A DNA stretch of 64,000 nt, from NCBI GenBank assembly GCA_964016885.1, contig OZ024761.1:5890001-5954000 (forward strand). The letters run 5' to 3'. Below are positions 31,731 through 47,229 of this stretch, one piece after another. Numbering within the stretch: position 1 is the stretch's first letter; each line of letters begins with the position of its first letter. Below the pieces are notes generated by a model. It did no database searches, was not told where the DNA came from, and worked only from the letters and a program-made list of their open reading frames with translations. Position numbers and translations under genes: made by a program. This DNA is from Eledone cirrhosa. Its lineage: Eukaryota.

Positions 31731-31764
<34 letters not shown>

Positions 31765-32304
31765 AGTATGTATACGTACATACATATATGTATACAGACG
31801 TACAGTAGTATGTATATATATATACATACATGCATACATGTATGTATGGATTTATGGAGCATTTATTCTAATGCTCGGTTTGTTTGTAAACAAACATCCC
31901 GAATTAAGCCATACAGTGTTTAGCAACCATCGTTGCCCTTTTGTTCAACACTGACAAAGGAACGATGTACTAGTTTCAAGCTTATTAGCTATCGTCAGAA
32001 CCGTATACCTTCCTGCCAGATGTTTGAACGCCTGAAAGTATATACTTTCCTTAACATATTAACGGCTGAGCAGCCTTGTAATAAATGCTCGGTAAATCCA
32101 TACGTACATATATATATATATGTGTGCATGTATGTATATATATACATACTACTGTATGTCTGTATACATATATGTATGTACGTATACATACTTATATTTA
32201 AGTAACAGCCGTAGTAAGAGTGAGAAATGAAATTTCGTTTCAATTTTTCCATTTATCGTTTTCGGTGCGCCCGGCCGATTAACTCACTCGATATGCAAAT
32301 TAGG

Positions 32305-32307
<3 letters not shown>
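31765..32307. mobile_element. Family C element in inverted + direct arrangement; HHR at 31962-32004 (minus)
   Basis: 31765-32075 is the reverse complement of about 27133-27455; 32078-32307 matches about 26920-27136 directly. Confidence 0.75.
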
Positions 32308-32347
<40 letters not shown>

Positions 32348-32349
<2 letters not shown>

Positions 32350-32531
32350 AACGAGTAGGACCCCGACGGCTGAGCTCAAGCCGTTTCGACGGCTAATTCT
32401 AGAGAATTAGTCGTCGAAACGGCTTGAGCTCAGCCGTCGGGGTCCTCGTTCCTATTACCCACTCTACTACCCTAAGTATTGAGTACTTTGGTGCGTTATG
32501 GTCCACCTGGTTCCTTATCACATTTCTTTCG

Positions 32532-32535
<4 letters not shown>
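32348..32535. repeat. Palindrome (32348-32452) with a one-sided extension homologous to 1098-1165 (inverted)
   Basis: GGACCCCGACGGCTGAGCTCAAGCCGTTTCGACG / CGTCGAAACGGCTTGAGCTCAGCCGTCGGGGTCC; (TA)n on both sides. Confidence 0.85.
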
Positions 32536-32578
<43 letters not shown>

Positions 32579-32579
<1 letters not shown>

Positions 32580-32690
32580 ATAATAATTGTTTCTACTTTT
32601 GGCACAAGGCCAGCAATTACCCAGTGCATTACTGGTACTTTATTTTATCGACCCCGTAACGATGAAAGGCAGAGTTAACCACGGCGGAAT
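32579..32690 (-). mobile_element. SINE family A, truncated
   Basis: Diagnostic motif and tail. Confidence 0.8.
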
Positions 32691-32953
32691 GACTTCTTTT
32701 ATACCATAAACGTGGTCCTGTCTTGGCGGGTAATTGTTTTTCACCAATCCAAATAATGACGTATTATCTTCGTTTCTTTCCCGTTCTTTGCCAGGGAACG
32801 TTTCCACGAGCCAAAATATCGTCTTCCTGTCTTCTTCCGGTTGCAACGTTTTTTGAAATATTTACTTCTGCGTTCACAGATTGACTTTTTTAGTTTCAGA
32901 AGGTCCCGTTAAGGGTGAAAGCAGCTATTCTTTGCTTAAACTTTAATCTGTTA

Positions 32954-33040
<87 letters not shown>

Positions 33041-33069
33041 ATGTTTGTATGTATATATATGAGTATGTA

Positions 33070-33137
<68 letters not shown>

Positions 33138-33210
33138 TGAACCTCTTCAAATGAAGTTGATGTTTATTACGGTATGTCGAATATATTTATCTATAAAACT
33201 GTTTATATTG

Positions 33211-33276
33211 TATTTTGTCTGATGAAGGCATAGCATATTGTTAATATGATATCCCCGAAATATATATAATGAAATA
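33211..33276 (+). ncRNA. Type I hammerhead, family A (diverged)
   Basis: TATTTTGT-CTGATGA-AGG.ATA.CATATT(GTT)AATATG.TAT.CCC-GAAA-TATATA-TA-ATGAAATA. Confidence 0.7.
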
Positions 33277-34139
33277 GATATGGTTTTATAAATATAGTTT
33301 TCCATTTATTTAATATTGTATATATATATATCAGTATGTAATATGTGTGTATATGTATGTATGTAATATGTGCGTATATATCTATGTATGTCTATATTAT
33401 ATGTGTATGTTTATGTATGTATGTGTGTATGTCTGTCTATGCGTGTATATATATGTGCGTGTTTATGTATGCCTATATGTGTGTATGTATGTATGTGTGT
33501 GTATGTATGTATTTGTATGTATGTGTCTATGTATGTATTTGTATGTATGTGTGTATGTATTTGTATGTATGTATGTGTATGTGTGTGTGTATATATGTGT
33601 GTGTTTGTATGTATATGTAGATATAAACAAACCTCACCACTCCCCCCCGCACCCCACACTCCCTCCTACACCCCCACTGGCCCCACGCCCCCGCCCACCC
33701 CACCAATACATGAGATAACAGTGTGAAGCATCATTCAACAGTCCACCAAACTTAAAAGTATTGACTGTCCGCCATCTTACCACCCCCTCCTCTCCCTCTT
33801 TAGAATATCCCCGTCTCTTAGCAACACATGTATCCAGCATCTCTGTGTTTAACTAACCTGGGGTGATGGTGGTGGTGGTGGTGATGGTTGTGGTGGTGGT
33901 GATGGTTGTGGTGGTGGTGGTGGCTGCAGTGATGGTGGTGGTGATGATTTGGGGGGTGGGGGTGGAAGTGGTTTTGGTGGCGGTGGTTTAGGTGGTGGTG
34001 GTGGTGGTGGAAGTGGTTTTGGTGGTGGTGGTGGTGGCAGTGGTTTTGGTGGTTATGGTGATGGTGTTGTCGTACGTGTTGGTGGTCTAGAGTTGTGTGT
34101 TGGTGCTGGTGGCGTCGGTGATAATGTCGTGAGGAGTTT

Positions 34140-34420
34140 GATGGTGGTGTAAGACACAGTGGTGGTGGGGATATTGATGCAAGGTACAGTGGTGGCGGCG
34201 GTGATGATGTAGTGCTGATGGTGGTGTAAGATACAGTGGTGGTGGGGATATCGATGCAAGGTACAGTGGTGGCGGCGGTGATGATGTAGTGCTGATGGTG
34301 GTGTAAGATACAGTGGTGGTGGGGATATCGATGTAAGGTACAGTGGTGGCGGCGGTGATGATGTAGTGCTGATGGTGGTGTAAGATACAGTGGTGGTGGG
34401 GATATTGATGTAAGGTACGG
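34140..34420. repeat. 77-bp minisatellite, about 3.6 copies
   Basis: GATGGTGGTGTAAGATACAG...GATGTAGTGCT repeated. Confidence 0.85.
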
Positions 34421-34841
34421 TGTCTATACACAAGACTCTATCACAAGATTTGCTATTTCGGGTTGCAACAGACTTTGTTAGAAGACAAATCTTAACTGGT
34501 TGTTCACTCTTAATTTATTTAATTCTGAGCTCTCCAATTTGTGCCTCTCTCAGCGTCTAACCCCAAAAGGCTGAGGGAATTTTCAAACCCCCTCAGTCTT
34601 TTGGGGGTTACTGATTGACCAAAGATTTTGATTAGTTTTGAGCTTCTATAATCTTTACCAGCATATCTATTGGCAAACTCCACAGTATTTTGTTTTAATT
34701 TTTTTAATTAAATTTTATAAGATAATCAACGAATTATGTAATCTTACATTCAGTGCAGGTTGTCTCTAGTCTTAAGCTTTGATATATCCTAATGCACACT
34801 TATGTGTGTACGAATATATTTCATTCACTTTCTTATAATGA

Positions 34842-34895
<54 letters not shown>

Positions 34896-34979
34896 GGGTG
34901 GGTAAAATTCCTTAGGGCATCAACATATGTTAACCTCTGTCTACCTCTTCCAGTGTGTCCATGCAGGGGCTCCCTCAGG

Positions 34980-35472
34980 AGCACTGATGATTCTTAACAG
35001 GATCCAGCCCGAGATGGAGAAGAAGCTCAGGGACAACCAGAACGGCTTCAGAGAGGGAAGATCAACCACCGGTCACATCTTGATGCTGAGGAGGATATTA
35101 GAGGGCGCTAGAGCAAAGTGCCTTCCTGCGGTCATGGTTTTCATTGACTTTAGGAAGGCTTTTGATTCTGTGGACCGTTACTGCCTGATGAAGATCTTAG
35201 AGGCTTATGGAATCCCCAAGAGGATAGTGAACCTGATATCACTGCTCTACACTAGCACCAAAGCCCAAGTCATTACACCTGATGGGATGACAGAGTTCTT
35301 TGAGATACTGGCTGGAGTGCTCCAGGGAGATACATTGGCTCCCTACCTTTTTATCATCGCCGTGGACTATTGTAGGGGCCTTGCACTGGAGAAACAACAG
35401 GACTCTGGCTTTACTGTAGCACCGGCTCAGAGCAGGAGAGTTAAGGCGATAAAGATATCAGATGCTGAATTT
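34980..35472 (+). pseudogene. RTE-clade LINE reverse transcriptase fragment
   Basis: QNGFREGRST, FIDFRKAFDSV, GVLQGDTLAPYLFII motifs. Confidence 0.9.
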
Positions 35473-35669
35473 AATAATATATATATTTTTACTCTTTTAC
35501 TCATTTACCTGTTCCAGTTATCCGGCTGAGGCCATGCTGGGGCTCCGCCCTTGTATATATATATATACGTGTGTGTGTGTGTATAATGGATTAGTACCTC
35601 ACTCATTATCTACTCATTGTCTGGGTGGTCTGTCTCAGTCTCTCTTTCTCCCTCTACCTACTCTCTTTC

Positions 35670-38600
35670 TCCACACACACACAGACATACACATGTAGAC
35701 ACACACACATACATACATACACATGTAGACACACACATGTACAGACATGCACATGTAGAGACATACACACAGACATATATACACATGTAGAGACACACAC
35801 ATGTACAGACATGCATATGTACAGACACACATGTATAGACATACACATGTAGACATACACACACATACATACAGACAGACACACACATACAGACATACAC
35901 ATGTACATACATACACATGTAGACATACACACACATACAGACATACACATGTACAGACATACACACACACACACGCACGCATGTACAGACACACACATGT
36001 ACAGACACACACGTGTACAAACACATACAGGCATACATACGTGTACAGACACACACGTGTACAGACATACACATGTACAGATATACACATGTACAGACAC
36101 ACACATGTACAGACATACACATGTACAGACACACACATGTACAGACACACATGTACAGACATACACATGTACAGACAAACACACATGTACAGACATACAC
36201 ATGTACAGACACACACGTGTACAAACACATACAGACATACATACGTGTACAGACACACACGTGTACAGACACACACGTGTACAGACATACACATGTACAA
36301 ATATACACATGTACAGACACACACAGACATACATACAGACAGACACACACATACAGACATACACATGTACATACATACACATGTAGACATACACACACAT
36401 ACAGACATACACATGTACATACATACACATGTAGACATACACACACATACAGGCATACACATGTACAGACATACACATGTACAGACATACACACACACAC
36501 ACACGCACGCATGTACAGACACACACATGTACAGACACACACGTGTACAAACACATACAGACATACATACGTGTACAGACACACACGTGTACAGACATAC
36601 ATATGTACAGATATACACATGTACAGACATACACATGTACAGATATACACATGTACAGACACACACATGTACAGACATACACATGTACAGACACACACAT
36701 GTACAGACACACACATGTACAGACACACACATGTACAGACACACACATGTACAGACATACACATGTAGACACACACATGTACAGACACACACATGTACAG
36801 ACATACACATGTACATACACACACATGTACAGACACACACACATCTACAGACACACACATGTACAGACATACACACATCTACAGACACACACATGTACAG
36901 ACACACACATGTACATACACACACATGTACATACACACACATGTACAGACACACACATGTACATAACACACATGTACATAACACACATGTACAGACACAC
37001 ACATGTACAGACACACACATGTACAGACACACACATGTACAGACACACACATGTACATACACACACATGTACAGACAAACACATGTACAGACACACACAT
37101 GTACAGACACCCTCATGTACAGACATACACATGTACATACACACACATGTACAGACAAACACATGTACATACACACACATGTACAGACACACATGTACAT
37201 ACACACACATGTACAGACAAACACATGTACAGACACACACATATACAGACACACACATGTACAGACACACACATGTACAGACACACACATGTACAGACAC
37301 ACACATGTACAGACACACACATGTACATACACACACATGTACAGACAAACACATGTACAGACAAACACACATGTACAGACACACACATGTACAGACAAAC
37401 ACATGTACAGACAAACACATGTACATACACACACATGTACAGACATACACATGTACAAACATACACATGTACAGACATACACATGTACAGACACACACAT
37501 GTACAGACATACACATGTACAGACACACACATGTACAGACATACACATGTACAGACATACACATGTACAGACATACACATGTACAGACAAACACACATGT
37601 ACAGACAAACACACATGTACAGACAAACACATGTACATACATACACATGTACAGACACACATGTACAGACATACACATGTACAGACACACACATGTACAG
37701 ACACACACATGTACAGACACACATGTACATACACACACATGTACAGACACACACATGTACATACACACACATGTACAGATACACACATGTACAGACACAC
37801 ACACATGTACAGACACACACATGTACAGACATACACACATGTACAGACACACACACATGTACAGACACACACATGTACAGACAAACACATGTACAGACAA
37901 ACACACATGTACAGACACACACATGTACAGACACACATGTACAGACACACATGTACAGACACACACATGTACATACACACACATGTACAGACACACATGT
38001 ACAGACATACACACATGTACAGACAAACACACATGTACAGACAAACACACATGTACAGACAAACACATGTACAGACAAACACACATGTACAGACACACAC
38101 ATGTACAGACAAACACATGTACAGACACACACATGTACAGACAAACACATGTACAGACACACACATGTACATACACACACATGTATATACACACACATGT
38201 ACAGACAAACACATGTACATACACACACATGTACAGACAAACACATGTACAGACACACACATGTACAGACAAACACATGTACAGACAAACACATGTACAT
38301 ACACACACATGTACAGACAAACACATGTACAGACATACACATGTACAGATACACACATGTACAGACATACACATGTACAGACATACACATGTACAGACAT
38401 ACACATGTACAGACACACACATGTACAGACACATGTACAGACAAACACACATGTACAGACACACACATGTACAGACACACATGTACAGACACACACATGT
38501 ACATACACACACATGTACAGATACACACATGTACAGACATACACACATGTACAGACACACACACATGTACAGACACACACATGTACAGACATACACACAT

Positions 38601-39650
38601 GTACAGACACACATGTACAGACACACATGTACATACACACACATGTACAGACACACACATGTACATACACACACATGTACAGACACACACATGTACAGAC
38701 ATACACACATGTACAGACACACACATGTACAGACAAACATGTACAGACAAACACACATGTACAGACAAACACATGTACATACACACACATGTACAGACAA
38801 ACACATGTACATACACACACATGTACAGACAAACACATGTACATACACACACATGTACAGACAAACACATGTACATACACACACATGTACAGACAAACAC
38901 ATGTACAGACATACACATGTACAAACATACACATGTACAGACATACACATGTACATACCCACACATGTACAGACAAACATGTACAGACATACACATGTAC
39001 AAACATACACATGTACAGACACACACATGTACAGACATACACATGTACAAACATACACATGTACAGACATACACATGTACAGACACACACATGTACAGAC
39101 ACACATGTACAGACATACACATGTACAGACAAACACATGTATAGACAAACACACATGTACAGACAAACACATGTACATACATACACATGTACAGACACAC
39201 ACATGTACATACATACACATGTACAGACACACACATGTACAGACATACACATGTACAGACATACACATGTACAGACAAACACATGTACAGACACACACAT
39301 GTACAGACACACATGTACAGACACACACATGTACAGACACACACATGTACAGACACACATGTACAGACAAACACATGTACAGACACACACATGTACAGAC
39401 ACACATGTACAGACACACACATGTACAGACACACACATGTACAGACACACACATGTACAGACATACACACATGTACAGACACACACACATGTACAGACAA
39501 ACACATGTACAGACACATACATGTACATACACACACATGTACAGACACACACACATGTACAGAAACATACATATGTACATACATACACATGTACAGACAC
39601 ACACACATGTACAGAAAAACACATGTACAGACATAAACACACGTGTACAT
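35670..39650. repeat. About 16-bp satellite ACACACATGTACAGAC (about 4 kb)
   Basis: Directly visible. Confidence 0.95.
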
Positions 39651-39789
39651 TGTTACGAAACTATCGTACGGAATGTGGGCTGACTCCACGGAATGTGGGC
39701 TGACTCCACGTTTGTATAAAGGCTTCACGGTATATGTAGATGTGTTATGAAATGTAAAGGAATCACGTGTTCAGATGGGTACCCACTCC

Positions 39790-40656
39790 AACTGTCCCCC
39801 TCGCCAATCTGTCCCCACCACCAACTGCCCCCTCTCCAACTGTCCCCGCCACCAACTGTCCCCCTCTCCTCTCTGTCCCCACCACCAAACTGTCCCAACT
39901 GTCCCCCTCGCCAATCTGTCCCCACCACCAACTGCCCCCTCTCCAACTGTCCCCACCACCAATTGTCCCCCTCTCCACTCTGTCTCCACCACCAAACTGT
40001 CCCCCTCTCCACTCTGTCCCCACCACCACTCTGTCCCAACTGTCCCCCTCTCCTCTCTGTCCCCACCACCAAACTGTCCCAACTGTCCCACTCGCCAATC
40101 TGTCCCCACCACCAACTGCCCCCTCTCCAACTGTCCCCACCACCAATTGTCCCCCTCTCCACTCTGTCCCCACTACCAAACTGTCCCCCTCTCCACTCTG
40201 TCCCCACCACCACTCTGTCCCAACTGTCCCCCTCTCCTCTCTGTCCCCACCACCAAACTGTCCCAACTGTCCCACTCGCCAATCTGTCCCCACCACCAAC
40301 TGCCCCCTCTCCAACTGTCCCCACCACCAATTGTCCCCCTCTCCACTCTGTCCCCACTACCAAACTGTCCCCCTCTCCACTCTGTCCCCACCACCACTCT
40401 GTCCCAACTGTCCCCCTCTCCTCTCTGTCCCCACCACCAAACTGTCCCAACTGTCCCACTCGCCAATCTGTCCCCACCACCAACTGCTCCCTCTCCAACT
40501 GTCCCCACCACCAATTGTCCCCCTCTCCACTCTGTCCCCACCACCAAACTGTCCCCCTCTCCACTCTGTCCCCACCACCAAACTGTCCCCCTCTCCACTC
40601 TGTCCCCACCACCAAACTGTCCCCCTCTCCACTCTGTCCCCACCACCAACTGTCCC
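39790..40656. repeat. CTGTCCCC minisatellite with 184-bp higher-order period
   Basis: ORF starts recur at 40130 and 40314; G-tract-rich minus strand. Confidence 0.9.
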
Positions 40657-40768
40657 AGTTTATCCCTGTAAACATGTAATCATACCGAAATCTGACGAAA
40701 TCTGAAACATTTCCGGACTCAAGCATTTCGAATAAAAGATTATCAAATGTTTTTGTGTGCATAAAAAG

Positions 40769-40825
<57 letters not shown>

Positions 40826-40867
40826 TTGGTGTGTGTGTCTATATATATATATATACATGTTTATATA

Positions 40868-40898
<31 letters not shown>

Positions 40899-40999
40899 GT
40901 TTATAGCACTTTTCTATATATGTTTATATATATGTTTATTTATATATATATGTTTATGTTTATATATATATATATATATATATATGTATTTAAATTTAC

Positions 41000-41032
<33 letters not shown>

Positions 41033-41044
41033 TATATGTATTTA

Positions 41045-41084
<40 letters not shown>

Positions 41085-41849
41085 TATGTATTTAAGTTTA
41101 TATATATATAGTTAATATATATGTGTATATGTTTATGTGTGTGTATGTGTTTATGTGTATATGTTTGTGTGTATGTATATGTTTATGTATATAATACAAT
41201 AACATACAAAATTAATATTTTCCCATATCTCTCCATCACTTGGTCGAACAGCACCCCCCCCCCCCCATTACTCCAGCTTCTCAAATTCTCCTTCTTCCCC
41301 CTCTCTCTCTCACTATATTTCCCTCACCCCATCTCCCTCTCCCCCAGCCCATCTCTCTCTCCCTCTCCCCCAGCCCATCTCTCTCTCCCTCTCCCTCAGC
41401 CCATCTCTCTCTTACCCTCTCCGTCACCCCATCTCTCTCACCCTCACCCCATCTCTCTCTCACTCCTCCCACCCTCATCTCATCTCTTCTCCACCCATCC
41501 CTCTCTCCCCCCGTCTCTCACCCCTCCTCCCCATCATCCCTCACCTCCCTCGCTATCCCACTCCCCCCCCCCCCCTCTACCTCGCCTCCCCACATATTTT
41601 CCATTTGTTTCCCAGCACAGATTTGTTTATTTGTTTATTTTTGCTTAATTTCTGATTTGATTCACCCCTCCCCCATGTTCTCCACACCACAACCCCCTTC
41701 TCCCCCTGCCTCCTCCCACACCCACTTCCCCTTCCCTTCCCCTCCCCACCCCACCCAACCTTCTAGACATTCCTCTTTTTCTTTCTTTCTTTCATTCATC
41801 TTTGCTATTTTTTAAATTTGTTTTTATTCGAACATTCTTTCATTTTCTT

Positions 41850-44155
41850 CCTCTATCCTCTTCTCTTCCTCTCTTTCTTCCTATATTCCCCTTCTCTTCC
41901 TCTCTTTCTTCCTCTATCCCCTTCTCTTCCTCTCTTTCTTCCTATATTCCCCTTCTCTTCCTCTCTTTCTTCCTATATTCCCCTTCTCTTCCTCTCTTTC
42001 TTCCTATATCCCCTTCTCTTCCTCTCTTTCTTCCTATATCCCCTTCTCTTCCTCTCTTTCTTCCTATATTCCCCTTCTCTTCCTCTCTTTCTTCCTATAT
42101 CCCCTTCTCTTCCTCTCTTTCTTCCTGTATTACCCTTCTCTTCCTCTCTTTCTTCCTCTATCCCCTTCTCTTCCTCTCTTTCTTCCTGTATTACCCTTCT
42201 CTTCCTCTCTTTCTTCCTATATTCCCCTTCTCTTCCTCTCTTTCTTCCTATATTCCCCTTCTCTTCCTCTCTTTCTTCCTCTATCCCCTTCTCTTCCTCT
42301 CTTTCTTCCTATATTCCCTTCTCTTCCTCTCTTTCTTCCTCTCTTTCTTCCTCTATCCTCTTCTCTTCCTCTCTTTCTTCCTATATTCCCCTTCTCTTCC
42401 TCTCTTTCTACCTCTATCCCCTTCTCTTCCTCTCTTTCTTCCTATATTCCCTTCTCTTCCTCTCTTTCTTCCTCTCTTTCTTCCTCTATCCTCTTCTCTT
42501 CCTCTCTTCTTCCTATATTCCCCTTCTCTTCCTCTCTTTCTTCCTCAATCCCCTTCTCTTCCTCTCTTTCTTCCTATATCCCCTTCTCTTCCTCTCTTTC
42601 TTCCTCTATCCCCTTCTCTCTCTCTTTCTTCCTATATCCCCTTCTCTTCCTCTCTTTCTTCCTATATCCCCTTCTCTTCCTCTCTTTCTTCCTATATCCC
42701 CTTCTCTTCCTCTCTTTCTTCCTATATTCCCTCCTCTTCCTCTCTTTCTTCCTATATTCCCTTCTCTTCCTCTCTTTCTTCCTATATTCCCTTCTCTTCC
42801 TCTCTTTCTTCCTCTCTTTCTTCCTATATTCCCTTCTCTTCCTCTCTTTCTTCCTATATTCCCCTTCTCTTCCTCTCTTTCTTCCTATATCCCCTTCTCT
42901 TCCTCTCTTTCTTCCTATATTCCCTTCTCTTCCTCTCTTTCTTCCTATATCCCCTTCTCTTCCTCTCTTTCTTCCTATATTCCCCTTCTCTTCCTCTCTT
43001 TCTTCCTATATCCCCTTCTCTTCCTCTCTTTCTTCCTATATTCCCTTCTCTTCCTCTCTTTCTTCCTATATTCCCTTCTCTTCCTCTCTTTCTTCCTATA
43101 TTCCCCTTCTCTTCCTCTCTTTCTTCCTATATTCCCTTCTCTTCCTCTCTTTCTTCCTATATTCCCTTCTCTTCCTCTCTTTCTTCCTATAATCCCTTCT
43201 CTTCCTCTCTTTCTTCCTATATCCCCTTCTCTTCCTCTCTTTCTTCCTATATTCCCCTTCTCTTCCTCTCTTTCTTCCTATATCCCCTTCTCTTCCTCTC
43301 TTTCTTCCTATATCCCCTTCTCTTCCTCTCTTTCTTCCTATATCCCCTTCTCTTCCTCTCTTTCTTCCTATATTCCCTTCTCTTCCTCTCTTTCTTCCTA
43401 TATTCCCTTCTCTTCCTCTCTTTCTTCCTATATTCCCTTCTCTTCCTCTCTTTCTTCCTATATTCCCTTCTCTTCCTCTCTTTCTTCCTATATTCCCCTT
43501 CTCTTCCTCTCTTTCTTCCTATATTCCCCTTCTCTTCCTCTCTTTCTTCCTATATTCCCCTTCTCTTCCTCTCTTTCTTCCTATATTCCCTTCTCTTCCT
43601 CTCTTTCTTCCTATATTCCCTTCTCTTCCTCTCTTTCTTCCTATATCCCCTTCTCTTCCTCTCTTTCTTCCTATATCCCCTTCTCTTCCTCTCTTTCTTC
43701 CTATATTCCCCTTCTCTTCCTCTCTTTCTTCCTATATTCCCCTTCTCTTCCTCTCTTTCTTCCTATATTCCCTTCTCTTCCTCTCTTTCTTCCTATATCC
43801 CTTCTCTTCCTCTCTTTCTTCCTATATCCCCTTCTCTTCCTCTCTTTCTTCCTATATTCCCCTTCTCTTCCTCTCTTTCTTCCTATATTCCCTTCTCTTC
43901 CTCTCTTTCTTCCTCTATCCCCTTCTCTTCCTCTCTTTCTTCCTATATTCCCTTCTCTTCCTCTCTTTCTTCCTATATTCCTTTCTCTTCCTCTCTTTCT
44001 TCCTATATTCTCTTCTCTTCCTCTCTTTCTTCCTATATTCCCTCCTCTTCCTCTCTTTCTTCCTATATTCCCTTCTCTTCCTCTCTTTCTTCCTCTCTTT
44101 CTTCCTATATTTCCTCTCTTCCTCTCTTTCTTCCTCTATTCCCCTTCTCTTCCTC
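41850..44155. repeat. 30/31-bp polypyrimidine minisatellite
   Basis: Unit CCTATATTCCCTTCTCTTCCTCTCTTTCTT, about 75 copies. Confidence 0.95.
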
Positions 44156-44409
44156 TCGTTCTCTCTTTTTTTACTCCCCTTCCTTTCTTTCTTCCTCTCT
44201 CCTTTTTCAGCCTCCTCTTTCTTCCTCTTTCTGCCTCCTCTTTCTTCTTCTTTTCCTCTCTCTCATTATTCTTCTCTCTTTCTCTCTTTCCTTCCTTCCC
44301 TATCTCTACATCTGTCTGTCTTTCTATCTCTCCTCCATCATCAAACATCTCTCATAAAAGATCTTTATCTACGACCGTCATCCTGTGACCCTCTAAACAT
44401 TTGTACATA

Positions 44410-46568
44410 TTACCACCACCACTACTACCACCTATACTGCTACCACCACCACCACCATCACCACTACCACACCACCACCACCACTGCCACCACCTATACT
44501 GCTACCACCACTAGCACCAATGCCACCACTACTATAATTACCACTAACACCACCACTACCATCACCACTATAAACACCACTACCACCACCACTAACACCA
44601 ATGCCATCTCCATAAACACCACCACCATCACAATCATCACTACTGCCACTACCATCACCACTACAACCGCCAACACAACCACTACCACCACCACCACTAC
44701 CACTACCAACACCACCATAACCGCAACCACTACCATCACCACCACTGCTACTACCAGTACCATCACCATCACCATAAACACCATCACCACCACTGCCACT
44801 ACCACCAGCATGACCATCACCACCACTGCTACTACCAGTACCATCACCATCACCATAAACACCATCACCACCACTGCCACTACCACCAGCATGACCATCA
44901 CCACCACTGCTACTACCAGTACCATCACCATCACCATAAACACCATCACCACCACTGCCACTACCACCAGCATGACCATCACCACCACTGCTACTACCAA
45001 TACCATCACCATCACCACCATAAACACCACTACCACTAGCACTACTACCACTAGCATAACCATCACCACCACTGCTACTACCAATACCACCACTACCATT
45101 AACACTACTACCACCAGCATAACCATCACCACCACTGCTACTACCAATCCCATCACCATCACAAACACCACTACCATTAACACCAATACCTCCAGCATAA
45201 CCATCACCACAAACCACTCAAAATTCCACATTCACTCAGCTCCAACCCCCATCAAACATCTCATCCCAGCCACCACCACAATATGGCACCATATACCACC
45301 ACCATCACCACCACCACAACCACAATATGGCACCATATACCACCACCATCACCGCCACCACCACAATATGGCACCATATACCACCACCACCACCACAATA
45401 TGGCACCATATACCACCACCACCACCACCACAATATGGCACCATATACCACCACCACAATATGGCACTATATACCACCACCACAATATGTCACCATATAC
45501 CATCACCACCACCACCACAATAGGGCTCCATATACCACCACCACCACCACCACCACAATACGCCACCATATACCACTACCACCATATACCACCACCACCA
45601 CCACCACCACACCATATACCACCACCACCACCACGACACCATATACCACCACCACCACCACACCATATACCACCACCACTACCACACCATATACCACCAC
45701 CACCACCACACCATATGCCACCACCACTACCAGCACACCATATACCACCACCACCACCACCACACCACATACCACCACCACACCATATACCACCACCACC
45801 ACCACACCATATACCACCACCACCACACCATATACCACCACCACCACCACCAGCACCACCACCACCACCACACCATATACCACCACCACCACCACCACCA
45901 CACCATATACCACCACCACCACACCATATACCACCACCACCAGCACCACCACCACACCATATACCACCACCACCACCACCAGCACCACCACCACACCATA
46001 TACCACCACACCATATACCACCACCACCACCACCACCACACCATATACCACCACCACCACCACCACCACACCATATACCACCACCACCACCACCAGCACC
46101 ACCACCACACCATATACCACCACCAGCACCACCATCACACCATATACCACCACCACCACCACCACACCATATACCACCACCACCACCACCACACCATATA
46201 CCACCACCACCACCACACCAAATACCACCACCACCACCACCACACCAAATACCACCACCACCACCACACCATATACCACCACCACCACCACCACCACACC
46301 ATATACCACCACCACCACCACCACACCATATACCACCACCACCACCACCACACCATATACCACCACCACCACCACCACACCATATACCACCACCACCACC
46401 ACACCATATACCACCCATATATTTTCCCCTGCACCATTTCCAATACGAGAATCTTTTTGGCTTGGCTTATGAACACACACACACACGCACACGCAAGCAC
46501 ACATACCCACACACACACATGCACTCGCACACGCACACACACGCACACGCACGCACACGCACACGCAC

Positions 46569-46617
<49 letters not shown>

Positions 46618-46700
46618 AGCACACATACCCACACGCACACATGCACACGCACACATGCACACACATACACACGCACACATGCACACGCACACACCAACGC
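44410..46700. repeat. (CAC)n-derived repeats including CACCATATAC units, then (CA/CG)n
   Basis: Directly visible. Confidence 0.9.
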
Positions 46701-46859
46701 GAATACATAAATTGTTATGTAATAGGAAAATAATGAGGGAACATACACACTCCTATACACATATTCGTATATATATATATACATATATATGTATATATAT
46801 ATAAAGAATTATGTATACTTACGCATGCGTATGGGTGAGTATATATGTGAGTGCATATG

Positions 46860-46906
<47 letters not shown>

Positions 46907-47229
46907 AGGCGACAGAATTGACAGACAGATGTCCAAGAGACAGACAGTCAGACACTCAGTGTAGAAACTGATAAATATTTACTTTGTAATAAATTTGAAT
47001 ATTCAAGCTTGAGTACTTTATTGTACATGATGATGGCTGCATCTCGAGTGTTAGTAATATCATCGCTTGATACTTAAACTTGAGCATGACAGACGTGGTT
47101 TTTTAGTCCAGCTAGGGACTTGCCTATTGTACATACAAACCTATATGGTGGCTGCCAACTCATTTTCGAGTACGGCCACTACTTTATATCCATGTAGGAG
47201 AACCCCTATCGATGCGCTGAACGAGTGTG

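Noticed and set aside
33715-33860. Unique islands between microsatellites (also 28500-28765, 53715-53890) as candidate exons
   Set aside because: No recognisable peptide and no convincing paired splice sites
40686-40715. CTGACGA-AATCT-GAAAC
   Set aside because: No stem II or stem I; explained by a short CGAAATCTGA duplication
35635-46710. His/Thr/Cys-, Ser/Leu-, Gly- and Pro-rich ORFs resembling mucins, extensins or cuticle proteins
   Set aside because: All lie in tandem repeats open in multiple frames, with no unique domain or codon-position bias
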